This document shows, piece by piece, positions 51,438 to 63,135 of a DNA stretch of 64,000 bases. The first letter of the stretch is position 1. The number at the start of each line of letters is the position of its first letter. Location of the stretch: assembly GCA_009926135.1 (NCBI GenBank), contig RFPL01000002.1, positions 251,285-315,284 of the forward strand, given 5' to 3'. The DNA is from Sphingomonadaceae bacterium. GTDB taxonomy: Bacteria > Pseudomonadota > Alphaproteobacteria > Sphingomonadales > Sphingomonadaceae. Made by a program: the position numbers and the translations under genes. Under the pieces are notes generated by a model, which searched no databases, was not told the DNA's origin, and was given only the letters and a program-made list of their open reading frames with translations.

Positions 51438-53618
51438 ATGGCCGAAATCACTCCCGATGTCGTCGCCCAGCACGGGCTCTCCGAGGATGAATACCAGCGT
51501 GTGCTGCACGCCCTGGGGCGTGAGCCGAACTTGGTCGAGCTCGGCATCTTCTCGGTCATGTGGTCGGAGCACTGCTCCTACAAATCGAGCCGGATTCAAC
51601 TCAAGAAACTGCCGACCGAAGCCCCCTGGGTCATCTGCGGCCCGGGCGAGAACGCCGGCGTGATCGACATCGGAGATGGCCAGGCTGCCATCTTCAAGAT
51701 GGAGAGCCATAACCACCCAAGCTACATCGAGCCCTATCAAGGCGCGGCAACCGGCGTCGGCGGCATCCTGCGCGATGTGTTCACGATGGGCGCGCGGCCG
51801 GTCGCGAACATGAATGCCCTGCGCTTTGGCCGGCCCGATCATCCCAAGATGAAGAGCCTGGTCCGCGGCGTGGTCGCTGGCATCGGTGGCTACGGCAACT
51901 GCGTCGGCGTGCCGACAGTTGGCGGCGAGACCAATTTCCACCAGGCCTATGACGGCAACATCCTGGTCAACGCGATGACCGTGGGCGTGGCCGATACAGA
52001 CAAGATCTTCTATTCGGCCGCCACCGGGATCGGCAATCCGATCGTCTATGTCGGCTCCAAGACTGGCCGCGATGGTATCCACGGCGCGACCATGGCCAGT
52101 GCCGACTTTGGCGAAGATTCAGAGGCCAAGCGACCCACAGTGCAGGTCGGCGATCCCTTCACCGAAAAGCTGCTGATCGAGGCTTGCCTTGAACTGATGG
52201 CAACCGACGCAATCGTTGCGATCCAGGACATGGGCGCGGCTGGCCTGACCTCCAGCTCGGTCGAGATGGCGACCAATGGCAAGGCCGGGATCATCCTCGA
52301 CATGGACAAGGTGCCGTGCCGCGAAGAGGGCATGACCCCTTACGAAATGATGCTGAGCGAAAGCCAGGAGCGGATGCTCATGGTGCTCAAGCCTGGCAAG
52401 GAGCCGATGGCCGAGGCAATCTTCCGCAAGTGGGAGCTGGACTTCGCCGTGATCGGCGAAGTGACCGACACCGGCCACATGGTGCTGACCTGGCAGGGCG
52501 AGACGGTGTGTGACATCCCGCTCGGCCCGCTCGCCGAAGACGCCCCGCTCTATGACCGCCCGGCTCTGAGCCTGGCGGAATACAAGGCCTGGGCCAAGGT
52601 CAAGCCGCTGGGCGAAGTGCCGCAGAGCGCGGACCTGGGCGCGGACCTGCTCAAGCTGATGGCCTGCCCCGACCTCGCCAGCCGGCGCTGGATCTGGGAG
52701 CAGTATGACAGTCAGGTCGGCGCCGACACCCTGCAGAAGAGCGGTGGTGATGCGGCTGTCGTGCGGATCCACGGCACCAAGAAGGCCCTGGCGATGAGCA
52801 CGGACTGCACGCCGCGCTATTGCTATGCCGACCCCTACGAAGGCGGCAAGCAGGCGGTGGCCGAGACTTACCGCAATATCTCAGCTGTTGGCGCCAAGCC
52901 CCTGGCAATCACCAATTGCCTCAACTTCGCCAACCCCCAGCGACCCGAGATCATGGCCCAGATCGTCGAGGCTCTGCGCGGCATGGGCGAAGCCTGCCGG
53001 GCGCTCGACTATCCGATCGTCTCGGGGAACGTTTCGCTCTACAATGAGAGCAAGGCGACCGGCGGCGGCTCGGCGATCCTTCCCACCCCGGCAATCGGCG
53101 GTGTCGGCTTGATGGCCGATCACGAGATCATGGCGACCATCGCGATCAAGGCCGAGGGCGAATGCCTGGCGATCATCGGGCCAAGCTATCCTGAACTGGG
53201 TCAGTCGCTGTGGCTGCGCGAGATCCATGGCCGTGAAGATGGCGATCCCCCCAAGGTCGACCTGGGCGATGAGCGCTTCCACGGCGAAGTGATCCGTCAG
53301 CTGATCGCCGATGGTGCGGTAACCGCGGTGCATGATATCAGTGACGGCGGACTGCTGGTTGCCGCGGCGGAAATGGCGCTGGCCGGCAATATCGGCGTGG
53401 CGATCGATCCAATGGACACCGCCTTTGCCTTCAATGAAACGCAGTCGCGCTATCTGGTGACATACCCGGCGGACAAGCCGCTGGACCGCAGCAAGGTGCC
53501 GTTCGAGAAGATCGGCACGACTGGCGGGGATGCGGTGGTAGTCAACGGCCAGCCCGTGAAGCTGAGCGCGCTGCGCGAAGCCAGCGAGAGCTTCTTCCGC
53601 GACTGGATGGAAGGCTGA
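51438..53618 (+). CDS. purL: Phosphoribosylformylglycinamidine synthase subunit PurL
   Basis: [17 protein letters not shown]...KMESHNHPS...GGILRDV; 726 aa. Confidence 0.97.
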   Translation: MAEITPDVVAQHGLSEDEYQRVLHALGREPNLVELGIFSVMWSEHCSYKSSRIQLKKLPTEAPWVICGPGENAGVIDIGDGQAAIFKMESHNHPSYIEPYQGAATGVGGILRDVFTMGARPVANMNALRFGRPDHPKMKSLVRGVVAGIGGYGNCVGVPTVGGETNFHQAYDGNILVNAMTVGVADTDKIFYSAATGIGNPIVYVGSKTGRDGIHGATMASADFGEDSEAKRPTVQVGDPFTEKLLIEACLELMATDAIVAIQDMGAAGLTSSSVEMATNGKAGIILDMDKVPCREEGMTPYEMMLSESQERMLMVLKPGKEPMAEAIFRKWELDFAVIGEVTDTGHMVLTWQGETVCDIPLGPLAEDAPLYDRPALSLAEYKAWAKVKPLGEVPQSADLGADLLKLMACPDLASRRWIWEQYDSQVGADTLQKSGGDAAVVRIHGTKKALAMSTDCTPRYCYADPYEGGKQAVAETYRNISAVGAKPLAITNCLNFANPQRPEIMAQIVEALRGMGEACRALDYPIVSGNVSLYNESKATGGGSAILPTPAIGGVGLMADHEIMATIAIKAEGECLAIIGPSYPELGQSLWLREIHGREDGDPPKVDLGDERFHGEVIRQLIADGAVTAVHDISDGGLLVAAAEMALAGNIGVAIDPMDTAFAFNETQSRYLVTYPADKPLDRSKVPFEKIGTTGGDAVVVNGQPVKLSALREASESFFRDWMEG

Positions 53619-53622
53619 TACG

Positions 53623-54033
53623 GTGACTGAGGCGGGCTATTCCGGCACGCCGCTGGCCAAGAAGTTGAACCTGCGCGATGGCATGCGGGTGTGGTTCGAT
53701 GCCATGCCCGAAAGCGTGGCCGACGAGATCGACGAATACGCGCTTGAGCTATATTTCATCGCCGATCCTGCCGAAGGGATCGATGCCGCGCATATTTTCG
53801 TGACTGAGCGGGCGGCGTTGGAGCCTCGGCTCGATAGCCTGCGCAATCAGATCGCCGCCGATGGCCAGATCTGGGTGAGCTGGCCCAAGCAGGCGGCAAA
53901 AGTCCCGACCGACATCACCGAAGATACGATCCGTGAACTCTGCTTGCCGCTTGGCCTGGTCGACACCAAGGTCTGCGCGATTGACGATGTCTGGTCCGGC
54001 CTGAAGCTGGTGATCCGCAAGGACCTTCGCTAG
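53623..54033 (+). CDS. DUF3052-like protein
   Basis: GYSGTPLAKKLNLRDGMRV...VSWPKQAAKVPTDITE. GTG start 4 nt after the purL stop. Confidence 0.7.
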   Translation: MTEAGYSGTPLAKKLNLRDGMRVWFDAMPESVADEIDEYALELYFIADPAEGIDAAHIFVTERAALEPRLDSLRNQIAADGQIWVSWPKQAAKVPTDITEDTIRELCLPLGLVDTKVCAIDDVWSGLKLVIRKDLR

Positions 54034-54046
54034 CCGGACCGACAGA

Positions 54047-54886
54047 TCAGGCTGCCTTCTGAACCGGTGCCATCAGATCGTAGGGATCAATCCCGGCCGA
54101 CCGCCACATGGCGTGAGCCTGCTGATAGTAGCTTGCCCCGGTGATGCCAAGCATCTTGCGGGCGTCCTCCAGCGGCATGGCCAGGATTTCACGGATCGGC
54201 ATTTCAACCAGCCGCGGGCACGACCGGCCAAGCTTCTGGCCTTCGCGAACGGCCTTGAACACCGGCACCTTGACCGTTGCGCGTTTGCTGATCTCGAACG
54301 CCCCGGCATAGCCCAGGAACAGGTGCGCCAATGCCGGCTGCTGGCTGTAGGTAAAGGCCAGCACGCACTGCTCACCAAGCGCATCGCGGCCATAACCGGT
54401 CAGGATATGCATCAGATCATGCGTATCGCGCATACGGCGGAAGTACCAATCCACCTGGTCGTTGAAATACATGTCGGCTGGACGATAGCGGTCAAGCTCA
54501 TCGACGAGCCCCTGCGCCGAGAGACCTTCGCGCTCCATGAAATCGCAATAGGCATGCGCAACGCTGCCCTCTGGCAGGCGGCGCAGGCCGGCGTGATCAT
54601 CGAGGATCGTCACCAGCGAAGGTTCGCTTGCCCGGATCCGCTGGCCACGCTCGGTTGAAAGGAACGCCTTCGCCGCATCATAAACCCCGCGCCAGGGCAG
54701 GGCTTCGAAGATCTTGGCGACTTCGGCGGTGTTTTCCTTGTCCTTCACCAGTTCCTTGAAGTGGTGCCAGGCCTTCGGAAAGTCGTAACGAATCTTCGGA
54801 CGGCCCGGCAGCATCAGCGGGAGATCGTCCGCTGCGCCCGGAACGGCGTCGTCAGCGGCAGCAAAAGAAGGCGAAAGCGATTCCAT
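54047..54886 (-). CDS. Coq4-family protein (ubiquinone biosynthesis COQ4 homologue)
   Basis: H156-DLM-H160 ... E172 (nt 54371-54421) reproduces the Coq4 HDxxH-x11-E metal-binding motif. Confidence 0.8.
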   Translation of the reverse strand: MESLSPSFAAADDAVPGAADDLPLMLPGRPKIRYDFPKAWHHFKELVKDKENTAEVAKIFEALPWRGVYDAAKAFLSTERGQRIRASEPSLVTILDDHAGLRRLPEGSVAHAYCDFMEREGLSAQGLVDELDRYRPADMYFNDQVDWYFRRMRDTHDLMHILTGYGRDALGEQCVLAFTYSQQPALAHLFLGYAGAFEISKRATVKVPVFKAVREGQKLGRSCPRLVEMPIREILAMPLEDARKMLGITGASYYQQAHAMWRSAGIDPYDLMAPVQKAA

Positions 54887-54970
54887 CGTACGGCACCTGC
54901 TGGTTACTTACATGAATGTCATTAGCAGATTCGCGCACTAGCCGCAATTCAGTTTCGAAACCCCTACCGA

Positions 54971-55846
54971 TCAGCCCTGCACCCAGTCCGGACGCGGAAT
55001 TCCAAGCAGCAGGAGCACGCTGGTCAAGTCTCCCGCCGCAACATAGCCGTGCGCCGCTTCCTTGGCCTTGGGCTTGGCGTGGTAGGCGATCCCGTGGGTC
55101 GCGGCGCGCAGCATCGGGATATCATTGGCGCCATCGCCCGTGGCCAGGCTTGCGCCGCCGCGCAGGCCCATTTCCTCGCGCAGGACGGCTTCCTTGACCG
55201 CGCTATCGACGATCCCACCGACCAGCCCCCCGGTCAGCGCCCCGTGTTCGACCGCAAGCCGATTGGCGACCACCCGTTCAAACCCGAGTTGATCGGCAAC
55301 CGGATCGGCAAACTGATGAAAACCGCCCGTCACCAGCACGGTGAAGCAGCCATGCTCCTTCAGTGTCGCGACCAGTGCGCCGGCCCCCGGCATCGCCGGG
55401 ACACGCTCTGCCAGGCATTGGGCAATGGCCCCCTCGCCCAGTCCGCCAAGCAGGCGGACCCGCTCGGTCAGCGCCTCGGCGAAATCCAGTTCGCCCTGCA
55501 TGGCCCGTTCGGTGATTCCGGCGATCTGGTCCTTCAGGCCGGCAAAATCGGCCAGCTCGTCGATGCATTCGGCCTGGATCATGGTCGAATCCATGTCGGA
55601 CACGAACACCTTCGGCACGCTCGGCACAGAGGTGCTCACCAGCAGGTCCGCGTCCGGAAACAGGCGCTCCAGCACGCTGCGCATCGCGGCGGCATCGCCA
55701 TCCGCGGCAATCTGCAGCACTTCTTCCAGGCCGCGCAGCGGTTCAGCGGCGTGCACCACGAGACCCGCGGCCTCCAGCCCGTGAACGGCGTCTGACACTT
55801 TTGCCGACAAGACCGCCGGTTCTGCTATCACGCGGGCAATGGGCAC
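54971..55846 (-). CDS. serB: Phosphoserine phosphatase
   Basis: HAD motif I FVSDMDSTMIQ, plus GGF...NRL and GDGANDIPML. Start is uncertain (GTG 55846 or GTG 55831). Confidence 0.88.
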   Translation of the reverse strand: MPIARVIAEPAVLSAKVSDAVHGLEAAGLVVHAAEPLRGLEEVLQIAADGDAAAMRSVLERLFPDADLLVSTSVPSVPKVFVSDMDSTMIQAECIDELADFAGLKDQIAGITERAMQGELDFAEALTERVRLLGGLGEGAIAQCLAERVPAMPGAGALVATLKEHGCFTVLVTGGFHQFADPVADQLGFERVVANRLAVEHGALTGGLVGGIVDSAVKEAVLREEMGLRGGASLATGDGANDIPMLRAATHGIAYHAKPKAKEAAHGYVAAGDLTSVLLLLGIPRPDWVQG

Positions 55847-56801
55847 GACGGATTCCCCTGTAGATTCGGACCGCGATCGGCCGCCGCTGGCGCTCATCGC
55901 AGGGCCGACCGCGAGCGGCAAGAGCGATCTGGCGGTCAAGCTGGCCCTCGCGCTCAAGGCACGCGGCCGGCCCGCAGTGGTGATCAATGCCGACAGCGCC
56001 CAAGTTTACGCCGACCTTGCGGTGCTGAGTGCGCGTCCATCGATCGACGAGATACAAGATATTCCGCACAAGCTGTTCGGCACCTGGGATGGCGCCACAG
56101 CCTGTTCAGCGGCCGACTGGGCCAATGCTGCGCGCACAGCAGTGGCAGAAGCCCGCGATAGGGGCGCAGTGCCGATCCTGGTTGGCGGAACCGGCCTCTA
56201 CCTGCGCACCCTGCTCGATGGCATTGCGCCTGTGCCGCCGATAGACCCAGCGGTTCGCGAGGAAGTCCGGAGCATGCCCACCGCGCAAGCCTGGCAAGCC
56301 CTGGTGCGCGAGGATCCGGAGCGCGCCGCGACGCTATCCGCCAATGACAGCACCCGCGTTGCCCGCGCACTCGAGGTTGTCCGCTCGACCGGCCAGACCC
56401 TGTCCGCATGGCAGGAACGCCGCGAAGGGGGCATAAGTGCAGCAATTGACCTGCATGCCAGCGTACTGCTGCCAGACCGTGCCTGGCTTTACGAACGCTG
56501 TGACCGCAGGTTCGCCATGATGCTGGATCAAGGAGCATTGGCCGAAGTTGAGACACTGCTGGCGCGTCAGCTGGATACCGCCTTGCCGGTGATGAGGGCA
56601 ATCGGCGTACCGGAAATCCGGGCTTTTCTGGGCGGGGAGTGCAGCCGCGAGCAGCTGGAAGAGCGCGGCGCCCAAGCGACCCGCAACTACGCCAAGCGTC
56701 AATTCACCTGGTTTCGCAACCAGCCGCCGGGCGACTGGCGCAGGATTGAGTCCAATAATGTCGATGTAGAGCGGCATTTCGCATCTTTATTACAACATTA
56801 G
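55839..56801 (+). CDS. miaA: tRNA dimethylallyltransferase
   Basis: P-loop IAGPTASGKSDLA, plus VGGTGLYLRTLLDG and YAKRQFTWFRN. Confidence 0.93.
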   Translation: MGTTDSPVDSDRDRPPLALIAGPTASGKSDLAVKLALALKARGRPAVVINADSAQVYADLAVLSARPSIDEIQDIPHKLFGTWDGATACSAADWANAARTAVAEARDRGAVPILVGGTGLYLRTLLDGIAPVPPIDPAVREEVRSMPTAQAWQALVREDPERAATLSANDSTRVARALEVVRSTGQTLSAWQERREGGISAAIDLHASVLLPDRAWLYERCDRRFAMMLDQGALAEVETLLARQLDTALPVMRAIGVPEIRAFLGGECSREQLEERGAQATRNYAKRQFTWFRNQPPGDWRRIESNNVDVERHFASLLQH

Positions 56802-56878
56802 GACTTGACACGTTATTTACTGTCTCGTAGGGCCGGATCACTTCCTGCCCATGGCAGGCCCGCACGAGTTGGAGAGGG

Positions 56879-56915
56879 CGACCCGGCACAGGCAACTGTG
56901 CCGGGTCGGTTCTTT
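56879..56915 (+). terminator. Strong hairpin in the miaA-ilvB gap (ilv leader attenuator or miaA terminator)
   Basis: 13-bp perfect stem CGACCCGGCACAG / CTGTGCCGGGTCG with a GCAA tetraloop, followed by GTTCTTT. TTGACA at 56805-56810 lies upstream. Confidence 0.5.
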
Positions 56916-56949
56916 GAAGGGGCGGTGGTTCAAATGAAGGACAGTTGCG

Positions 56950-58692
56950 GTGAGTGAAGAGCGCAGCGGCGCAAGCATCCTGGTCGAAACCCTGGTCCGC
57001 CAGGGGGTCGAATATGTCTTCGGTTATCCCGGGGGCGCCGTGCTGCCGATTTATGACGCGCTGTTCGCCGATACCCGCATCCGCCATATCCTGGTCCGCC
57101 ATGAAGCCGGCGCGGCTCACGCGGCGGAAGGCTATGCCCGGTCCACCGGCAAGCCGGGCGTGGTACTGGTTACATCCGGCCCCGGCGCGACCAATGCCGT
57201 TACCGGGATCGCCGACGCCTTCATGGATTCGATCCCGCTGGTGGTGATCACCGGTCAGGTAGCGACCGGGCTGATCGGCTCTGACGCGTTCCAGGAAGCC
57301 GATACCGTTGGCATCACCCGCCACTGCACCAAGCACAACTATCTGGTGAAGGACCCTTCCGAACTGGCCGCGACAATCGACGAGGCCTTTCAGATCGCCA
57401 CGCAGGGCCGCCCCGGCCCGGTCGTGATCGACATTCCCAAGGACGTGCAGGTTGCCGTCGCCAGCTTCAGCGACGGCGCGCCGCAGCGCCGCAACCGCTA
57501 CACCCCTACCCTGCGCGGGACCGACAAGGATATTGCCCGGGCGATCGAATTGATTGCCAATGCCCGTGCGCCGATCTTCTATACCGGCGGCGGCGTGATC
57601 AATTCCGGCCCGCGCGCCACCGAACTGCTGCGCGAACTCCAGGCGAAGACCGGCGCGCCGGTGACATCGACGCTGATGGGCCTTGGCGCCTTCCCGGCGG
57701 ACCATGCCGACTGGCTGGGCATGCTGGGGATGCACGGTACTTACGAAGCCAATCTGGCGATGAACAAGGCGGACCTGATGGTCTGCATCGGTGCACGCTT
57801 CGATGACCGCGTCACCGGTCGGCTCGATGCCTTCGCGCCCAATTCGACCAAGATCCACATCGATATCGACCGCTCTTCGTTCAACAAGACCGTTCCGGTC
57901 GACCTGCCGATCCTGGGCGATTGCGCATTGGTGCTGGAACAGCTGCTCGCCGCCTGGGGCGATCGCAAGGGTCAGGACCTGTCCGAATGGAAGGCCCGCA
58001 TTACGGGCTGGCGTGCGCGTCAAAGCCTGGCCTATCCCGCCAACGCGCAAGCGATCATGCCGCAACGGGCGATCGAACGGCTCTATCAGTTGACCAAGCA
58101 CCGCGATCCGGTGATTGCCACCGAAGTCGGCCAGCACCAGATGTGGGCGGCACAGTATTTTCCGTTCTTCGCACCGAACAAGTGGCTCACTTCGGGCGGA
58201 CTCGGAACGATGGGCTATGGCCTGCCGGCCGCGATCGGCGCGCAGCTTGGCAATCCGGACAGCCTGGTGATCGACATTGCCGGCGACGCCTCGATCCAGA
58301 TGAACATCCAGGAACTGGGCACGGCATCGCAATACCGCCTGCCGGTGAAGGTCTTCATCCTCAACAACGAATGGATGGGCATGGTCCGCCAGTGGCAGGA
58401 GCTGACCTATGAAAGCCGCTATTCGGAAAGCTATTCCGACAGCTTGCCCGATTTCGTCAAGCTGGCCGAAGCCTATGGCTGGAAGGGTATCCGCATCGAG
58501 GACGAAAGCCAGCTTGATGCCGGCATCCAGGCGATGATCGACCACCCAGGTCCAGTCATTGTCGACTGCCTCGTCCACAAGGAAGCGAACTGCTACCCGA
58601 TGATCCCAAGCGGCGCGGCGCACACTGACATGATCCTCTACGGCGATTCCGTTGCCGGGACCATGGACGACGAAGCCAAGGCGTTGGTGTAA
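56950..58692 (+). CDS. ilvB: Acetolactate synthase large subunit
   Basis: [14 protein letters not shown]...TSGPGATN...[15 protein letters not shown]...[12 protein letters not shown] are ThDP-enzyme motifs. GTG start. Confidence 0.97.
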   Translation: MSEERSGASILVETLVRQGVEYVFGYPGGAVLPIYDALFADTRIRHILVRHEAGAAHAAEGYARSTGKPGVVLVTSGPGATNAVTGIADAFMDSIPLVVITGQVATGLIGSDAFQEADTVGITRHCTKHNYLVKDPSELAATIDEAFQIATQGRPGPVVIDIPKDVQVAVASFSDGAPQRRNRYTPTLRGTDKDIARAIELIANARAPIFYTGGGVINSGPRATELLRELQAKTGAPVTSTLMGLGAFPADHADWLGMLGMHGTYEANLAMNKADLMVCIGARFDDRVTGRLDAFAPNSTKIHIDIDRSSFNKTVPVDLPILGDCALVLEQLLAAWGDRKGQDLSEWKARITGWRARQSLAYPANAQAIMPQRAIERLYQLTKHRDPVIATEVGQHQMWAAQYFPFFAPNKWLTSGGLGTMGYGLPAAIGAQLGNPDSLVIDIAGDASIQMNIQELGTASQYRLPVKVFILNNEWMGMVRQWQELTYESRYSESYSDSLPDFVKLAEAYGWKGIRIEDESQLDAGIQAMIDHPGPVIVDCLVHKEANCYPMIPSGAAHTDMILYGDSVAGTMDDEAKALV

Positions 58693-58702
58693 GGGGCGGC
58701 AC

Positions 58703-60299
<1,597 letters not shown>

Positions 60300-60326
60300 T
60301 CGTTTACCCCCATCTGCTAAGCCTAC

Positions 60327-60366
60327 AGCAATGCCTGCCGCGTGATATCACGTAGCAGGCATTGCT
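60327..60366 (+). terminator. Long nested hairpin after ilvC
   Basis: 12-bp perfect arms AGCAATGCCTGC / GCAGGCATTGCT enclose the 12-nt palindrome CGTGATATCACG. No T-tract. Confidence 0.4.
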
Positions 60367-60407
60367 AGTATTGCATCCAGGAGCCTATATCCGAGGTTTC
60401 CTGCAGC

Positions 60408-61823
60408 ATGGTGAGGGAACAAGAACTTGCATTCGCCCGCGAGCGGCAGGCCGCGATGAGCAATGGCCGTCTGTTCGGTGACTCGCTTAACCGGCGGGAA
60501 GCCTTGCGCTTGCTCAGCTACAGCTCGCTTTTGCTGTGCGACCTGGCCTCGATCCAGGCCGGCTTTGCGATCGCCTCGCACTGGCGCGGGGCCTATTGGC
60601 TGCAGCTATACGGCTTTCCCGTGTCGATCCTGTTCGGGCTGACCTATACCTTCCTGGCGCTGACCAGCGGCAGTGTTACGCGCGATGCATTCGGCTCGCG
60701 CCTGCGCTCGGCCATGTTGGGTGAGCGGACCTTGCTCATGGCAAGCGCGCTATGCATCGCTTTCCTGTTCTTCCAGCCACAGGGGCTGACCCTGTCGCGG
60801 CTGTCCCTGCTCACGGCAATGATCCTCTCGGGATTGTTCATTGGCACGGGCCGGATCCTGTTCCTGAGCCTGTTCCTGCGAAACCGGGATGAATTCTGGA
60901 CCAGCTGCGTGATGCTGGTGGATGGCGCCAGTCCGCCTAGAGGCGCGACCGCTCGCGCCATAGATGTGCGCACCGAAGGGATTGATCCGGAGCGCGGTGA
61001 CCCGGGGAACGTTTCCCGGCTTGGGTCGCTCCTGGCTGGCTATGACAAGGTCGTGGTGGTCTGTGCCGAAGGTGACCGCGCCAATGCCTGGAGCCTGATG
61101 CTCAAGGCCTTTGACATCAAGGCCGAGGTGCTCACGCCAAATGGCCTGCCGATCGGTGCGATCGGCATCGGCCGGATGGGCGACAGGCCGACGCTGGTGG
61201 TCAATCGCGGCCAATTATCGCTGGCCAGCCGGATCAAGAAGCGGTTGGTCGATATCCTGTTGTCGGGCATCGCACTGCTGCTGCTTGCGCCGCTGCTGAT
61301 CGTAGTCGCGCTGCTAATCCGGCTCGACAGTCCCGGGCCGGTCCTGTTCCGCCAGTTGCGGGTGGGTTACGGCAATCGTCCATTCAATATCTTCAAGTTT
61401 CGCTCGCTCCGACATGAGGCGACCGATCGCGATGGCAATCGTTCCGTGTCGGTCGGCGATAGCCGCGTGACCCGCGTCGGGGCCTTCATCCGCCGGACCA
61501 GCATCGATGAACTGCCGCAGCTGTTCAACGTACTGCTTGGCGACATGAGTCTGGTCGGACCCCGCCCCCACGCGCTAGGTTCACGTGCTGGCGAGAAGCT
61601 GTTCTGGGAGATCGACCCGAACTACTGGCAGCGCCATGCGCTGAAGCCCGGGATCACGGGGCTGGCCCAGATTCGCGGTTTTCGAGGGGAAACCCAGCAG
61701 CAGGAAGATCTCACCCGGCGGCTCAATGCCGATATCGAGTATCTGGAAGGCTGGACGTTGTGGCGCGATTTCCGGATCATGATCGGCACGATCCGGGTGC
61801 TGGTTCACCACAAGGCCTTCTGA
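60408..61823 (+). CDS. Polyprenyl-phosphate glycosyl-1-phosphate (priming) transferase, WbaP/ExoY-type
   Basis: C-terminal bacterial sugar transferase domain [19 protein letters not shown]...[26 protein letters not shown]...[24 protein letters not shown] 60456 is an alternative start. Confidence 0.88.
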   Translation: MVREQELAFARERQAAMSNGRLFGDSLNRREALRLLSYSSLLLCDLASIQAGFAIASHWRGAYWLQLYGFPVSILFGLTYTFLALTSGSVTRDAFGSRLRSAMLGERTLLMASALCIAFLFFQPQGLTLSRLSLLTAMILSGLFIGTGRILFLSLFLRNRDEFWTSCVMLVDGASPPRGATARAIDVRTEGIDPERGDPGNVSRLGSLLAGYDKVVVVCAEGDRANAWSLMLKAFDIKAEVLTPNGLPIGAIGIGRMGDRPTLVVNRGQLSLASRIKKRLVDILLSGIALLLLAPLLIVVALLIRLDSPGPVLFRQLRVGYGNRPFNIFKFRSLRHEATDRDGNRSVSVGDSRVTRVGAFIRRTSIDELPQLFNVLLGDMSLVGPRPHALGSRAGEKLFWEIDPNYWQRHALKPGITGLAQIRGFRGETQQQEDLTRRLNADIEYLEGWTLWRDFRIMIGTIRVLVHHKAF

Positions 61824-61825
61824 GC

Positions 61826-63028
61826 ATGGCCGCTACCGCCGCACGGGTGCCGATCAGCAACGTCCGGCTGATCATCGGCTTTGCCGTAGTGATTGCACTG
61901 CTGGGCACGCTTGCGCTGGGCTGGCAACACGGCTTGTTCGGTGATCCCGCCCGCCTGCCCGGCGGCGAGGTCGCGCGGCAGCGCGAACTCGCGGTGCTAC
62001 CGGGAAAACCCGGTGTCGAGCCTGTGGCAGTGCCCTCCCTCGATCCGTTGAGCGCGCTAAACCAGAACGCGGCAACGCCTTTCGTCAAAGGCCCGATCAC
62101 ACCGGCCCGTGCCTTCCGGTTCACCGGCTCCGCGCAGGACCGCACCGAGGCGACAGAGTGCCTGGCGCTCGCGGCCATGGCGGAAGCCGGCGGGAGCGAT
62201 CCCGGCCAGCGCGCCGTGATTCAGGTCGTGCTGAACCGCGCCCGGCATCCGGCCTTTCCCGGAACGATCTGCGGCGCGGTGTTCCAGGGCTCAGAGCGCG
62301 CCACCGGGTGCCAGTTCACCTTCACTTGTGATGGGGCTCTTGCGCGGCGCTATCCCGATACGGCCTGGCAAGCCGCTCGCAAACGGGCACGCGAGGCGCT
62401 CGATGGCTATGTCTACAAGCCGGTCGGCCTTGCCACGCACTATCACACCAACTGGGTCTATCCTTATTGGAGCAGCAGTCTCGACAAGGTTGCCCAGGTC
62501 GATACCCACCTCTTCTTCCGTTGGCGCGGCTTTTGGGGCACGCCAGCTGCCGTCCGGCCGGGCTACCGCGGCGGCGAGCCCAGCTTCGCGGCCTTGGTGC
62601 AGCAGGTGAAAGTCACCGAACCACTCGCCAGTGATGCACCAGCGGACGCTGCAACCGAACTGGCGGACGTCGCCAGGATCGGCAGTCTTGCAGCCGGCAA
62701 GAGCGCTGGCGAACTGGTTATTCCCCACCCCGACGGCGGCGCCTTCCTAGTCGGGCTCAAGCCCGGTACCGGGGCTTCCGGCGCGCTGGCTATGGCGCGG
62801 CGGCTGTGCGGCGGTAATGGCTATTGCCGGGTGATGGCCTGGGCCGATCGCAGCGCCGTGCCGCGCGGCTATCCGGTGCCGCCGCACGCGCGCAACCGGA
62901 TCAGCCTTAACTATGTGCTCGATGATCAGAACCGCGAGATCGTGGAATATGATTGCCTGGCCTTCAAAAGCGCGCCCGCCGGGCAATGCCGCGGCGCCCC
63001 CGAAGCCCTGCCGATTGAGAAAAAATAA
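61826..63028 (+). CDS. Membrane-anchored SleB-type cell-wall hydrolase domain protein with extra C-terminal domain
   Basis: TM LIIGFAVVIALLGTLALGW. Hydrolase_2-like ATECLALAAMAEAGGSDPGQRAVIQVVLNRARHPAFPGTICGAVFQ...ATHYHTNWVYPYW. Starts 2 nt after the upstream stop. Confidence 0.8.
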   Translation: MAATAARVPISNVRLIIGFAVVIALLGTLALGWQHGLFGDPARLPGGEVARQRELAVLPGKPGVEPVAVPSLDPLSALNQNAATPFVKGPITPARAFRFTGSAQDRTEATECLALAAMAEAGGSDPGQRAVIQVVLNRARHPAFPGTICGAVFQGSERATGCQFTFTCDGALARRYPDTAWQAARKRAREALDGYVYKPVGLATHYHTNWVYPYWSSSLDKVAQVDTHLFFRWRGFWGTPAAVRPGYRGGEPSFAALVQQVKVTEPLASDAPADAATELADVARIGSLAAGKSAGELVIPHPDGGAFLVGLKPGTGASGALAMARRLCGGNGYCRVMAWADRSAVPRGYPVPPHARNRISLNYVLDDQNREIVEYDCLAFKSAPAGQCRGAPEALPIEKK

Positions 63029-63135
63029 GGGTTCGGCATTAAGTCAATCTTGACCATGCCAACCTAGTTTCTCCGCCAAAGGGGTCGATTTCCGCGCTCG
63101 TGCGGACAGTCCGGCAGCTTTGGCGGAGGCAAGTT

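Noticed and set aside
56851-56937. 28-codon ORF in the ilvB leader as a classical attenuation leader peptide
   Set aside because: It has no run of Ile/Val/Leu codons, so it is not accepted as a regulatory leader peptide. The hairpin itself is kept as a finding.
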